IMG/VR virus record: IMGVR_UViG_3300042868_014220
Source: a virus
Lineage: Duplodnaviria > Heunggongvirae > Uroviricota > Caudoviricetes
Strand: one strand, 5' to 3'
DNA length: 17,077 nucleotides
Position numbers and translations under genes: made by a program. The notes under the pieces are model-generated. The model was not told the origin of the DNA and ran no database searches. It saw only the letters and a program-made list of their open reading frames with translations. Positions 1-7,911 of this stretch are shown here, piece by piece. The stretch's first letter is position 1. Each line of letters starts with the position of its first letter.

Positions 1-729
1 TCCTCTGCCATACCTTCCCCCCAAAATATCATAAACAGAATCCCCGCCTGCAATACTCTCTCCTTTTCTTCCTCCGTTCCACACATTACTCGAGTAAAAA
101 CCGAGATAAGCACCCCCTGATGTATTGTCACTAGCACCACCTCTAAATCCAGTTTCGGAGGCGTTTATTGTGCCATTAATCGTTCCATTTCCTCCAATTT
201 CAATAACTGTTATTCCACCACTTCTCCCATTCCAATTGGCGGGCCTTATTGTATTACCACTCGCTAAATTAAAGCTTGTGTATCGTGGAACTCTTATAAC
301 TTGTGTTTTTCCACTAGATGAATAATTGTTTACTAAGGGAACATTAAAATTTATAGTAGTTGAGTTTGGTACACTACTTACACACCTGAATTCATACAGT
401 CCCGCACTGTTGTAATTGGTAATAGCACCATAAGTTGCATTATTTACAATGTTTATAGTAGCACCCTGCATTTGAATAATGAGGATTAAATCGCCAGATG
501 ACAAATTACTACTAAAAACAGAACCAGATAAATTACTGTTGTTGACCGAAATAGAAGTACTCCCTGCTGAGACATTAGAGGTAAGATATGTGCGGGTATT
601 TACGTCAACATTATTACCTGTAATAGTTCCCGAACCCATAAAACCAACCTGAGAAAATAAAAGTTGGGTAAAGCTAGTAAAATAATAAAGACATAGAAAC
701 GTCCAATATTTGTAAAAATTTTTGTTCAT
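1..729 (-). CDS. Bacteroidota-type secreted Gly/Ser/Asn-rich protein, N-terminal part (runs off the left edge of the window)
   Basis: Absent from the ORF track because there is no stop in the window. Manual translation gives 243 open codons from ATG 729: MNKNFYKYWTFLCLYYFTSFTQLLFSQVG...GDLILIIQMQGA...NYNSAGLYEF...TQVIRVPRY...WNGRSGGI...GFRGG...GGRKGESIAG...GGRYGRG. It has a signal-peptide-like N-terminus ending LFSQ, and these motifs recall N-terminal regions of T9SS-cargo proteins. Confidence 0.8.
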   Translation of the reverse strand, partial: MNKNFYKYWTFLCLYYFTSFTQLLFSQVGFMGSGTITGNNVDVNTRTYLTSNVSAGSTSISVNNSNLSGSVFSSNLSSGDLILIIQMQGATINIVNNATYGAITNYNSAGLYEFRCVSSVPNSTTINFNVPLVNNYSSSGKTQVIRVPRYTSFNLASGNTIRPANWNGRSGGITVIEIGGNGTINGTINASETGFRGGASDNTSGGAYLGFYSSNVWNGGRKGESIAGGDSVYDILGGRYGRG

Positions 730-817
730 AAAACTTTATTTAATTAATGTAATTTAGTTCAACTATAATTATCTAAAATTCTATTATTTTATATTATAAA
801 ATAATTATTAATTTAAA

Positions 818-1150
818 TTAAGTTATTAAATATTTCTTATCCATTAACAGGAACCTTGTTAATTTTACCTTATCAACAGGTAAGTTATATCTATCTTGAA
901 ACCATTTACCAATAAGATTTAAAGAGTCATTTATATCAAGCATAAAAAAATCGGTTAATTTTTCCGTAATATCTCTTTGAATAGTTAAAGTTCCTGGTTC
1001 CTTCCAACCGAACTCATTATAATCACCTTCCGAACTTTTAAAAACGACATCAAATAATAAACCATCGTCGGATTCAAGTCCACCAAAATCCATATCCAAA
1101 TACTTGAATATTGTTTGTTCCAATTTACTTTCAGTTATTATATATTTCAT
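818..1150 (-). CDS. Hypothetical protein, MKYIITE-leader ~100-aa family
   Basis: MKYIITESKLEQTIFKYLD start and ...LTDFFMLDINDSLNLIGKWFQDRYNLPVDKV family C-terminus; starts 2 nt after the upstream stop. Confidence 0.9.
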   Translation of the reverse strand: MKYIITESKLEQTIFKYLDMDFGGLESDDGLLFDVVFKSSEGDYNEFGWKEPGTLTIQRDITEKLTDFFMLDINDSLNLIGKWFQDRYNLPVDKVKLTRFLLMDKKYLIT

Positions 1151-1152
1151 TA

Positions 1153-2148
1153 CTACTCTTTAATTTTACTCACATTTTTTGCTCTATAATCAAAAACAAT
1201 TGGTAAACCACCTGTTGATTTCTTCAAAATATGTTTAAGGTCATAAACAATGTCATCAAAATTAAACCGACTCATAATACTCGAATAATTAATAGTCAAT
1301 TTAATGTATATTGATGGAGTTGAATCGTATGGTTTACCTGACATATCGGTTCTAGCACCTGTCATCATATTTACCTCATCCACTTTAACTGAATCAATCA
1401 CGGCAATATCATCACAAGAACCAAAGCCAACATCTCCACCATAGTTTTCTGCAGATAAGTCTTCATTACAAAAACCACGAATATAGTCCAATTTATTGTT
1501 AATTAAGTCCTGAAATACCTCAATTTTACTTAGTTTTGTTTCAAATAACCTATTATATTGAGATTCGGTGACAATAATTTTCTTCACAGATTCGTTAGCT
1601 CTATTTTTGAGAGTTTTATCGTATTCTTTCTTAATTTTGGATGAAAATTGTGCAACAAAAAAATAATATAATTCATCTTTTTCTTTAGGTGTTGGTGTAT
1701 AATCTGTAATAGAATCAATTAAATTATTAAATAAGGTATCACATACATCCGAAATAAAATCGCCAGATTTAGTATAAAGATATGCATTTATTTCATAATC
1801 AAGAACATTCCTCAATTCTTTATTAAAATCATACGTCATGAATCTTCTTTTAAGTCTCTGTGAAATATCTTCATTTATAGAATCCTCAACACCACATTCT
1901 TCAAAGGTAACATCAACTCCAACAACTAAACCAAACCATTTTCTAATTTCACTACTAATTCCTTGTTCCATTCTTTTAACAATAAAATCAGGTTTTGATA
2001 ACCAATGTTTTAAATCCAAAACAATATGAACCCAATAAGTTTCATTATTCCCATATTCATTTACTTCAATATCCGCCCAAGTCCTACACATACCTTCCAA
2101 ATTATATGATGAAATAAATTCCTCAAGAAGTTTTATAGTTCTATCCAT
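1153..2148 (-). CDS. Hypothetical multi-module protein (331 aa)
   Basis: Long ORF with TATTTAT 5 nt upstream of the ATG and an internal leader-like segment VKKIIVTESQYNRLF. Confidence 0.9.
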   Translation of the reverse strand: MDRTIKLLEEFISSYNLEGMCRTWADIEVNEYGNNETYWVHIVLDLKHWLSKPDFIVKRMEQGISSEIRKWFGLVVGVDVTFEECGVEDSINEDISQRLKRRFMTYDFNKELRNVLDYEINAYLYTKSGDFISDVCDTLFNNLIDSITDYTPTPKEKDELYYFFVAQFSSKIKKEYDKTLKNRANESVKKIIVTESQYNRLFETKLSKIEVFQDLINNKLDYIRGFCNEDLSAENYGGDVGFGSCDDIAVIDSVKVDEVNMMTGARTDMSGKPYDSTPSIYIKLTINYSSIMSRFNFDDIVYDLKHILKKSTGGLPIVFDYRAKNVSKIKE

Positions 2149-2195
2149 TTATTATAAATACCTCGTTAAATATAAATAAGGAAATATTTATAGTT

Positions 2196-2345
2196 ATGTC
2201 AGTAGAAGAAGCAAAAAATTTTTTATCAAACAGGGGATTATCATCTTGTTCGTGTGCGTATGGTGGAATAGATGGATTAGTTAATGAGGCAATCCGATTG
2301 AAGAATTTAGAGGAACAAAAAAACCCCACCATTAGTGAGGGTTAA
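2196..2345 (+). CDS. Small hypothetical protein (49 aa, MSVEEAKNFLSNRGLSSCSCAYGG...)
   Basis: Manual translation; TATTTAT at 2185-2191 just before the ATG, divergent from 1153..2148. Confidence 0.55.
   Translation: MSVEEAKNFLSNRGLSSCSCAYGGIDGLVNEAIRLKNLEEQKNPTISEG
2317..2343 (-). terminator. Intrinsic terminator
   Basis: Minus strand reads AACCCTCAC-TAATG-GTGGGGTT (one bulge) running into a T7 tract, just after the 2352..2588 stop. Confidence 0.65.
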
Positions 2346-2351
2346 TTTTTC

Positions 2352-2588
2352 TTATTCATCAAATTTCCAAATTTCAATATCAACTCCAAATTCAGTGGAT
2401 ATTTCGTTGATACATTTTTCAATGTCAGATTCAAATGCCAAAAAAGTTCTATATATTTTATAAATATCTTTTCTTCTAACTTCCATAAACCCATTAGTTT
2501 TATGGACAACCAAACAATATTCTCCCTCTTCAAATTTTAATTCGGTTAGTTGTCGTTTTATTTCAACGATAATTTCTGGTGGTGTCAT
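2352..2588 (-). CDS. Hypothetical protein (78 aa)
   Basis: ORF with a TATCTTTA promoter-like site upstream and a terminator downstream. Confidence 0.75.
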   Translation of the reverse strand: MTPPEIIVEIKRQLTELKFEEGEYCLVVHKTNGFMEVRRKDIYKIYRTFLAFESDIEKCINEISTEFGVDIEIWKFDE

Positions 2589-2627
2589 ATATTTTAAAGA
2601 TAAACATAATCATAGAACATATCAAAT

Positions 2628-2963
2628 TTAACTTACAGAAAATAGCTCATGAAACTTTTGCCTGTTTGTTTTTTCAAGTGGATAAGAAAATTTACTTACC
2701 TGAAATGAAATAAAATTATAATCAGGATAAGTAAATTTGAAAAGATTAGTTAAAATATCACTATAGGTATTTACGGTACCATTAAGTTTATGTTCTCTAT
2801 TCATATGAAGATTAACATTAATTCTAATAAGTTCATTGGTATCAAATGTTGATGGGTTAATGAATTTTTGTGTAATAAAATCCTCATATTCAACATTGGA
2901 AATCTCAAGATTCATTTTAGTAATCACAGTTAAAAACTCTTCAGGTATTTTGTATTGAATCAT
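2628..2963 (-). CDS. Hypothetical protein (111 aa)
   Basis: ORF overlapping the upstream stop by 4 nt (ATGA coupling). Confidence 0.8.
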   Translation of the reverse strand: MIQYKIPEEFLTVITKMNLEISNVEYEDFITQKFINPSTFDTNELIRINVNLHMNREHKLNGTVNTYSDILTNLFKFTYPDYNFISFQVSKFSYPLEKTNRQKFHELFSVS

Positions 2964-3325
2964 AACATTATCTTATCCTTCAAGATAGAAGGAATCATTT
3001 CCTTTAAAAGTTTAATTCTCTCTAACTCAAGTTTGATTAGTTTATTCAAACTATCAATATATCGGGTAATTTTGTCAAATTCTTCGGGTTTTAACAAGTA
3101 AATGTAACCTTTAACCTGTTTTGAGACGTTTTCTGTGGTAACTTGAACCATTTTACACTCACCATTAACATTAGAATCGTAATAGTATGGTGTAACTCCC
3201 ATTGACGGAAATTTCCTAATATCCCACGCATTTACCGTATACGGTCGTCTAACTCTTGTATTTTCTTCTTCACTGATAACATTTTTAACAATATCAACCA
3301 ATTCTGATTCATTTATATCGCTCAT
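2960..3325 (-). CDS. Hypothetical protein with INESEL leader-like N-terminus
   Basis: MSDINESELVDIVKNVISEE start; TATCTTTG at 3330-3337 (minus) directly upstream. Confidence 0.85.
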   Translation of the reverse strand: MSDINESELVDIVKNVISEEENTRVRRPYTVNAWDIRKFPSMGVTPYYYDSNVNGECKMVQVTTENVSKQVKGYIYLLKPEEFDKITRYIDSLNKLIKLELERIKLLKEMIPSILKDKIML

Positions 3326-3360
3326 GGAGCAAAGATAGGAAAAAATTTTAAAATAAAAAA

Positions 3361-3696
3361 TTAATTATTAATTCCAGGGTAATATATTCTGTCGGCTTTC
3401 CATTCAGGAGTTGAGTTAATCTTCATTCCCAATTTATCTTGCAATGAAATCTTAATTAACTTTAATGCTTTATCCATTTGAATTCCAAACATTGTATGAA
3501 CATTTCTAACCAATGGTTTAACTACCAATAATTGTGAGTTTTTGGTGTCCAATTTCATAAGGATTAGTTTAGTATCTCCTTGATGGGTATCAACAAAGAA
3601 AATAAAATGGTCAATCCTAACCTCTTTCAAATCTAAACTTTCTAAGTATAAATCAATTAACCTTCTTAATGAACTTTCTCTAGCTGTGTATTTCAT
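3361..3696 (-). CDS. Hypothetical protein, ~100-aa family (MKYTARESSL leader variant)
   Basis: Leader variant plus LIDLYLE and family-like C-terminus; ATGA-type 4-nt overlap with the upstream gene. Confidence 0.85.
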   Translation of the reverse strand: MKYTARESSLRRLIDLYLESLDLKEVRIDHFIFFVDTHQGDTKLILMKLDTKNSQLLVVKPLVRNVHTMFGIQMDKALKLIKISLQDKLGMKINSTPEWKADRIYYPGINN

Positions 3697-4064
3697 TTAT
3701 TATAATTTGTTAATTTATCCCATATTTTTTTACCGATACGACTTGATATCTCCGTTCTTTCCATACTAATAACTGGAATTCCTATTGAATACTCAGTATA
3801 ATCATAGTCATAAGATTCGTAGATTATTACAGGGACGTTTCCCACATTAAATTTGATTTGGCTAGATAAAAAAGGGTGAGGAGGTGATTTAAACTCGACA
3901 TTTGAAATATTCCCATCATTAGCCGCTTTCAATATAATTGATGCTATTGTTTGGTCATCTCCAATCAATGTCCTAAATTTTTGTAAAAGAGATGGGTTAT
4001 AAGGAGTTCTACTTAATTTAGAAAAAATATTTCCAAGTTGGTTTTGTTCAAGAATTATTTTCAT
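3693..4064 (-). CDS. Hypothetical protein (123 aa; start revised to MKIILEQNQL)
   Basis: The ORF-track start at 4148 overlaps the neighbouring gene; ATG 4064 lies 4 nt after that gene's stop and gives a leader-like N-terminus. Confidence 0.8.
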   Translation of the reverse strand: MKIILEQNQLGNIFSKLSRTPYNPSLLQKFRTLIGDDQTIASIILKAANDGNISNVEFKSPPHPFLSSQIKFNVGNVPVIIYESYDYDYTEYSIGIPVISMERTEISSRIGKKIWDKLTNYNK

Positions 4065-4068
4065 ATTA

Positions 4069-4383
4069 TCAATTTTTGAAATGAATAGTTTCAATACCTT
4101 TAACACTGTTAACCTCAACTCCCGTACTATTTTGAACCCATCTTCCAATTACTTGTTTAGATTCGGTTTTGCTTAAAGAAAAAAAATCAGAAACTTCTTT
4201 AATTAATTTATGAGAAACATAACAATCTCCATCGGGTTTATAAAGATAGATTTTAGCATATTCATTATCTTTAGAATTAAGAAAAAATATTTCATCTGAT
4301 TTTTTCTGTATAACCAAACTTTTCATTTCTAAATATCTAAAAATTCCTCTGTCGTATTGTGATTCTGTTATGATATACTTCAT
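4069..4383 (-). CDS. Hypothetical protein, MKYIITE-leader ~100-aa family
   Basis: MKYIITESQYDRGIFRYLE...VSDFFSLSKTESKQVIGRWVQNSTGVEVNSV. Confidence 0.9.
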   Translation of the reverse strand: MKYIITESQYDRGIFRYLEMKSLVIQKKSDEIFFLNSKDNEYAKIYLYKPDGDCYVSHKLIKEVSDFFSLSKTESKQVIGRWVQNSTGVEVNSVKGIETIHFKN

Positions 4384-4761
4384 TTAAGATAAATACATAG
4401 GAACACAAAAATCTCCAATAACTTTACCTGACTCAATAACCTTTTCTGGTTTAAACTCATCTGACCAATCATATTCACTTGGTGTAATGTCAGGATGATA
4501 ATTTGGTCCAATCTTAACTTTAAGTTTTTCCTCAGCCCAATCTTTAATGTAATCCTTATCTTCTATACTATCCAAAGATATATAACGAAATAAAGGGGTG
4601 AAAACTTCGTAATTATACCACAGATAATCTAATCTTGAGGCTCCAACGTGAATTACCCATTCTTTTGTTTCTGGATTAATAATCCACAACCCATCATCAT
4701 ATACATATAACAAACAATCTTTGACTTGAGTATCAATAACTTTAAAAACTATTTTCTTCAT
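4384..4761 (-). CDS. Hypothetical protein, ~100-aa family (leaderless)
   Basis: LWYNYEVFTPLFRYISLDSIEDKDYIKDWAEEKLKVKI matches the family pattern; abuts both neighbours. Confidence 0.85.
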   Translation of the reverse strand: MKKIVFKVIDTQVKDCLLYVYDDGLWIINPETKEWVIHVGASRLDYLWYNYEVFTPLFRYISLDSIEDKDYIKDWAEEKLKVKIGPNYHPDITPSEYDWSDEFKPEKVIESGKVIGDFCVPMYLS

Positions 4762-5057
4762 TTGATGAATTTATTTAAATCTGAGAATTTTTTAATATTA
4801 TGTTTATCTCCAAACCAATCACGAATTTTTCTCATGGCATCTTCCTCAGTAATGTTAAACCAAGAGGATATGAAGTTGTTTAACTTAACATTTCGGCAAA
4901 GAACAAATTCGTTAGGTTTATTAACCCAAAACGACACAATGGTTGTTCCATTTTCGGAACAAAGACTATAGTTAATTCGGTTATTCCACGTAATTCGTTT
5001 AACTACAACCTCATCTCCAAGATATTTATCCAAGAATTTATTGATTATTATACTCAT
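4758..5057 (-). CDS. Hypothetical protein, ~100-aa family (leaderless)
   Basis: IINKFLDKYL...FISSWFNITEEDAMRKIRDWFGDKHNI; first gene of a five-gene unit. Confidence 0.85.
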   Translation of the reverse strand: MSIIINKFLDKYLGDEVVVKRITWNNRINYSLCSENGTTIVSFWVNKPNEFVLCRNVKLNNFISSWFNITEEDAMRKIRDWFGDKHNIKKFSDLNKFIK

Positions 5058-5061
5058 ACCA

Positions 5062-5093
5062 CAAAGGTATGGATAATATTTTGTATAAACAAA
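5062..5093 (-). promoter_or_regulatory. Bacteroidota primary-sigma promoter
   Basis: TTTG (5093-5090), 20-nt spacer, TACCTTTG (5069-5062); matches the -33/-7 consensus TTTG-N19-21-TAnnTTTG. Confidence 0.8.
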
Positions 5094-5113
5094 AAAACCC
5101 CACCTTTGTGGGG
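5091..5113 (-). terminator. Intrinsic terminator
   Basis: Minus strand reads CCCCAC-AAAG-GTGGGG then T7. Confidence 0.85.
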
Positions 5114-5125
5114 AGGGGAATTTAA

Positions 5126-5341
5126 TTAGTCATTCATTTCAGCCAAGAACTCATCAACGATTTGTTGACACTCATCATCGGTTAACTCCTCATCGTCAAA
5201 TGTAATCTCATCAGGTGTAACATTCCAATCATCCCAGTCATTCCAATTAGCCATAATTGTAAAACCTTTACCTTCGTCAGTCTCACCTCTAAACCAAACC
5301 GTTTTTGATTGCAATTCTCCGTTTTCGTAATCTATATTCAT
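5126..5341 (-). CDS. Small acidic hypothetical protein (71 aa)
   Basis: ORF between TATCTTTG (5364-5371, minus) and a terminator. Confidence 0.8.
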   Translation of the reverse strand: MNIDYENGELQSKTVWFRGETDEGKGFTIMANWNDWDDWNVTPDEITFDDEELTDDECQQIVDEFLAEMND

Positions 5342-5395
5342 AATTGTTATTTTTTTTAGAATACAAAGATAAGAAATAATTTGGAAATAAAAAAC

Positions 5396-5728
5396 TTATG
5401 CTGGCTCCCGAAAACCGACGCTATTGGCATTCTGGTTAAATTCGTTATTAAACCAATCAACCACAGCCATCACACCATCTGGCCATCCAAGATAGTTTTC
5501 AATGTTATGATATAGATTGTTATTTAATATGATTACTTGTCTCCAAGTATCATACTTTGCAAGAAAAACAGGTTTACCATTATTTGTATAGTAATAATTA
5601 ATCATAACACTACCGTCTTCCTGTTCAGCAAAAACCTCAGCATCTTGTTTATTAAACTGTGGTTCCATAGAATCAATCATTTTGCTAACCAAACCAATCA
5701 TTCTATCTTCAGTGATAATATATTTCAT
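5396..5728 (-). CDS. Hypothetical protein, MKYIITE-leader ~100-aa family
   Basis: MKYIITEDRMIGLVSKMID...VVDWFNNEFNQNANSV. Confidence 0.9.
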   Translation of the reverse strand: MKYIITEDRMIGLVSKMIDSMEPQFNKQDAEVFAEQEDGSVMINYYYTNNGKPVFLAKYDTWRQVIILNNNLYHNIENYLGWPDGVMAVVDWFNNEFNQNANSVGFREPA

Positions 5729-5997
5729 AAATCAAATGATGCTTTAATAAATAATACCAATGGTATTTCATATGTCAAATATGAATCCCAATATTGTTGT
5801 TCGGTTCCTGAATCATTAATCTCCTTAAAGTCTTTTAATGAGACGTAATGTCTAATGGTATCATACACTGCTTCGCTAACGTTCTCATCATTCTCTAATT
5901 TTTCCTTAACTGCTTCAACCATCTGAGCCAATTCATCAGGGGTGAACCTTCGTTTAAGAAAGGATGAGAGTTGGGGATATGTAATGATATGTTTCAT
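5725..5997 (-). CDS. Hypothetical protein (MKHIITYPQL leader variant)
   Basis: Leader-like start; 4-nt overlap with the downstream gene. Confidence 0.85.
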   Translation of the reverse strand: MKHIITYPQLSSFLKRRFTPDELAQMVEAVKEKLENDENVSEAVYDTIRHYVSLKDFKEINDSGTEQQYWDSYLTYEIPLVLFIKASFDL

Positions 5998-6008
5998 CTA
6001 ATATTAAA

Positions 6009-6467
6009 TTACGTATTTGCATCTAATTTTTGGGTAATAATCTTCCTACTGATTTCATATATGTTAGGAGTATCCAACAATTCAGGGAATTGTCTTTCAC
6101 TACCAATGTAAATCTTAACATGTCCGTTTTTAGTTTTCTTTCCATTATATTCAAATGGAAATTTAACTGTCGCAATAATATAAGGAATTTTTGTATTATT
6201 AATCACCAACAAAGTAAACTTTGGTTGTTCAATATGTCGTCGAACATCAATAGCATGTTTAAATTCATAATACTTGTCAATGGTCTCTTTATTTTTTTCG
6301 TAATAAGATTTTAAATCAGTTTCCATTCTTTTTGCCAACGCTTCTAACTCATAAGTATTAAGAGGTTTATCCGAGTTTTTAATGTCTTCATAATCAAATT
6401 CTTCATTAATTACTTGTTTAATGATATTACACAAATCTGATTCAGTTAGTCTTACAACTTTTTTCAT
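6009..6467 (-). CDS. Hypothetical protein with MKKVVRLTESDL leader; paralog of 6571..7050
   Basis: Start revised to ATG 6467 (TATTTAT at 6473-6479); shares FTL.IINN...VK....YNG....IYIG.E...P.LLDTP.I with 6571..7050. Confidence 0.9.
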   Translation of the reverse strand: MKKVVRLTESDLCNIIKQVINEEFDYEDIKNSDKPLNTYELEALAKRMETDLKSYYEKNKETIDKYYEFKHAIDVRRHIEQPKFTLLVINNTKIPYIIATVKFPFEYNGKKTKNGHVKIYIGSERQFPELLDTPNIYEISRKIITQKLDANT

Positions 6468-6489
6468 ATTTAATAAATATGAAGGATAA

Positions 6490-6510
6490 CCAAAAAAAGG
6501 GTTGGGATTA
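6490..6510. repeat. Intergenic repeat A, copy 1
   Basis: CCAAAAAAAGGGTTGGGATTA. Confidence 0.85.
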
Positions 6511-6538
6511 AGCTTGATGATGAGCAACAATAAAAATT

Positions 6539-6566
6539 AAAAAACCCCTCTTTGTTGGAGGGGTTT
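6539..6566 (-). terminator. Intrinsic terminator
   Basis: AAACCCCTC-N7-GAGGGGTTT perfect 9-bp stem with an A-tract on the left (U-tract on minus). Confidence 0.85.
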
Positions 6567-6570
6567 ATAA

Positions 6571-7050
6571 TTAAACATCAGGACTAACATACTGAAAAGG
6601 TTCTTGTTTATCAACCATATTCTTCACTTTCTTTTTTGCAATGTCCATAATACTTGGGGTATCCAATAACAACGGATATTTTTTTTCACCTCCAATATAT
6701 ACACTTATATAATCTTTATATATTCCATTATAAGGTAATTTCCATTTAACCTTTGCAAGTATACTTTTAGCACCCCGATTATTAATAATAGCTAAAGTAA
6801 AATGAGGGTCATCTCTAGTCTCAAGTTCAGATACCTTATTCTTAACATAATGGTATTTATGAATGATATCCTTATATTTTTCATAAAGTTTATTAAAATC
6901 AGAATTAACTTGTGATATAGAATCTTCTAAATTCACATCATCTCCGTAATCAAAGTCTTCTTCTTCAGACATTTCATTATCCTGTTCTTTAATCACGCGT
7001 CTAACAATCCCCATTAAATCGGATTCAGTTAATTTTATAATTTTACTCAT
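6571..7050 (-). CDS. Hypothetical protein with MSKIIKLTESDL leader; paralog of 6009..6467
   Basis: Leader plus shared C-terminal domain; TATTTAT at 7065-7071. Confidence 0.9.
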   Translation of the reverse strand: MSKIIKLTESDLMGIVRRVIKEQDNEMSEEEDFDYGDDVNLEDSISQVNSDFNKLYEKYKDIIHKYHYVKNKVSELETRDDPHFTLAIINNRGAKSILAKVKWKLPYNGIYKDYISVYIGGEKKYPLLLDTPSIMDIAKKKVKNMVDKQEPFQYVSPDV

Positions 7051-7080
7051 AGTATTCTTTCAATATAAATATAAAGGTTC

Positions 7081-7100
7081 CCAAAAAAGGGCTGGGATTA
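7081..7100. repeat. Intergenic repeat A, copy 2
   Basis: CCAAAAAAGGGCTGGGATTA. Confidence 0.85.
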
Positions 7101-7127
7101 AAACGACCAAAGGGAGTTGCCGAATAC

Positions 7128-7295
7128 CTACACATCATTTGGTTTATGTATTACAATATTCCCACCCATATTTTCACGAATCTTAATATTCACCAATTTT
7201 TCCACAATCTCTTCCAATTCTTTCTTCATAAAATCATATGAAATAATTCGTGGATAAAAAGAAGGGTAATCTGTAAAATCTGTTATTGGTTCCAT
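7128..7295 (-). CDS. Small hypothetical protein (55 aa, MEPITDFTDY...MGGNIVIHKPNDV)
   Basis: Manual translation; TAATG stop/start overlap with 7295..7453 and a shared GGNI.IHKP C-terminus. Confidence 0.7.
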   Translation of the reverse strand: MEPITDFTDYPSFYPRIISYDFMKKELEEIVEKLVNIKIRENMGGNIVIHKPNDV

Positions 7296-7453
7296 TATAA
7301 TGTTTTTGGTTTGTGTATTTCAATATTCCCACCCAATTTCTTACGAAGTATAATATTAGCCCATTTATCCATTCTTATTTGCCATTCTTTCATTATAGAC
7401 TCACTTGGTATAATTGGTTGTGCCGCAATAATATAAAATTCTTTTTTATCCAT
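7295..7453 (-). CDS. Small hypothetical protein (52 aa, MDKKEFYII...LGGNIEIHKPKTL)
   Basis: Manual translation; consensus promoter directly upstream and paralogous C-terminus with the next ORF. Confidence 0.7.
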   Translation of the reverse strand: MDKKEFYIIAAQPIIPSESIMKEWQIRMDKWANIILRKKLGGNIEIHKPKTL

Positions 7454-7457
7454 ATTA

Positions 7458-7489
7458 CAAAGATAATATATTCAAATGAGATTTCCAAA
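7458..7489 (-). promoter_or_regulatory. Bacteroidota primary-sigma promoter
   Basis: TTTG (7489-7486, supplied by repeat A copy 3), N20, TATCTTTG (7465-7458). Confidence 0.8.
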
Positions 7490-7504
7490 AAAAGGGCTGG
7501 GATT
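7485..7504. repeat. Intergenic repeat A, copy 3
   Basis: CCAAAAAAAGGGCTGGGATT. Confidence 0.85.
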
Positions 7505-7528
7505 GAATCCGTAGCCGAACAACAATAT

Positions 7529-7558
7529 AAAAAAACCCCACCTGAATTAGAGGAGGGG
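7529..7558 (-). terminator. Probable intrinsic terminator
   Basis: Minus strand reads CCCC-T-CCT-N7-AGG-T-GGGG then T7. Confidence 0.6.
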
Positions 7559-7566
7559 GGGTTATA

Positions 7567-7869
7567 TTATAATGATTTAATATACCATCGAATGTCAGGT
7601 CTACTATTCTTTCGAATTAATTTAATGGTCTTATCGGCATCTTTTCTATTATTAAAAATATATGGAGATTCATCATCACCCAATCTCCTTCTAAATTCAG
7701 TAGAGGTTGGTACCATAGAATAACCACCATTTCCCGTATAAATAAATATACCCACTCCTCTTATGTGGTCAGCCTCACCATAAATAATATATTCCGATTC
7801 AGATTCCATTAAAAATCTCTTAACTAAAGAAACCAAATCACCCTCCGTTAATTTTATAATTTTTCCCAT
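7567..7869 (-). CDS. Hypothetical protein with MGKIIKLTEGDL leader
   Basis: Leader motif; TATTTAT at 7875-7881. Confidence 0.85.
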   Translation of the reverse strand: MGKIIKLTEGDLVSLVKRFLMESESEYIIYGEADHIRGVGIFIYTGNGGYSMVPTSTEFRRRLGDDESPYIFNNRKDADKTIKLIRKNSRPDIRWYIKSL

Positions 7870-7891
7870 ATTCCATAAATACCAAAGACTT

Positions 7892-7911
7892 CCAAAAAAG
7901 GGCTGGGATTA
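7892..7911. repeat. Intergenic repeat A, copy 4
   Basis: CCAAAAAAGGGCTGGGATTA; contains the stop codon of the HNH gene. Confidence 0.85.

Noticed and set aside
125-325. Plus-strand 66-aa ORF
   Set aside because: Antisense shadow of the real 1..729 minus-strand CDS.
6490-7911. Repeat A as a CRISPR array
   Set aside because: Spacings are 400-600 bp and contain whole genes; no cas genes are in the window.
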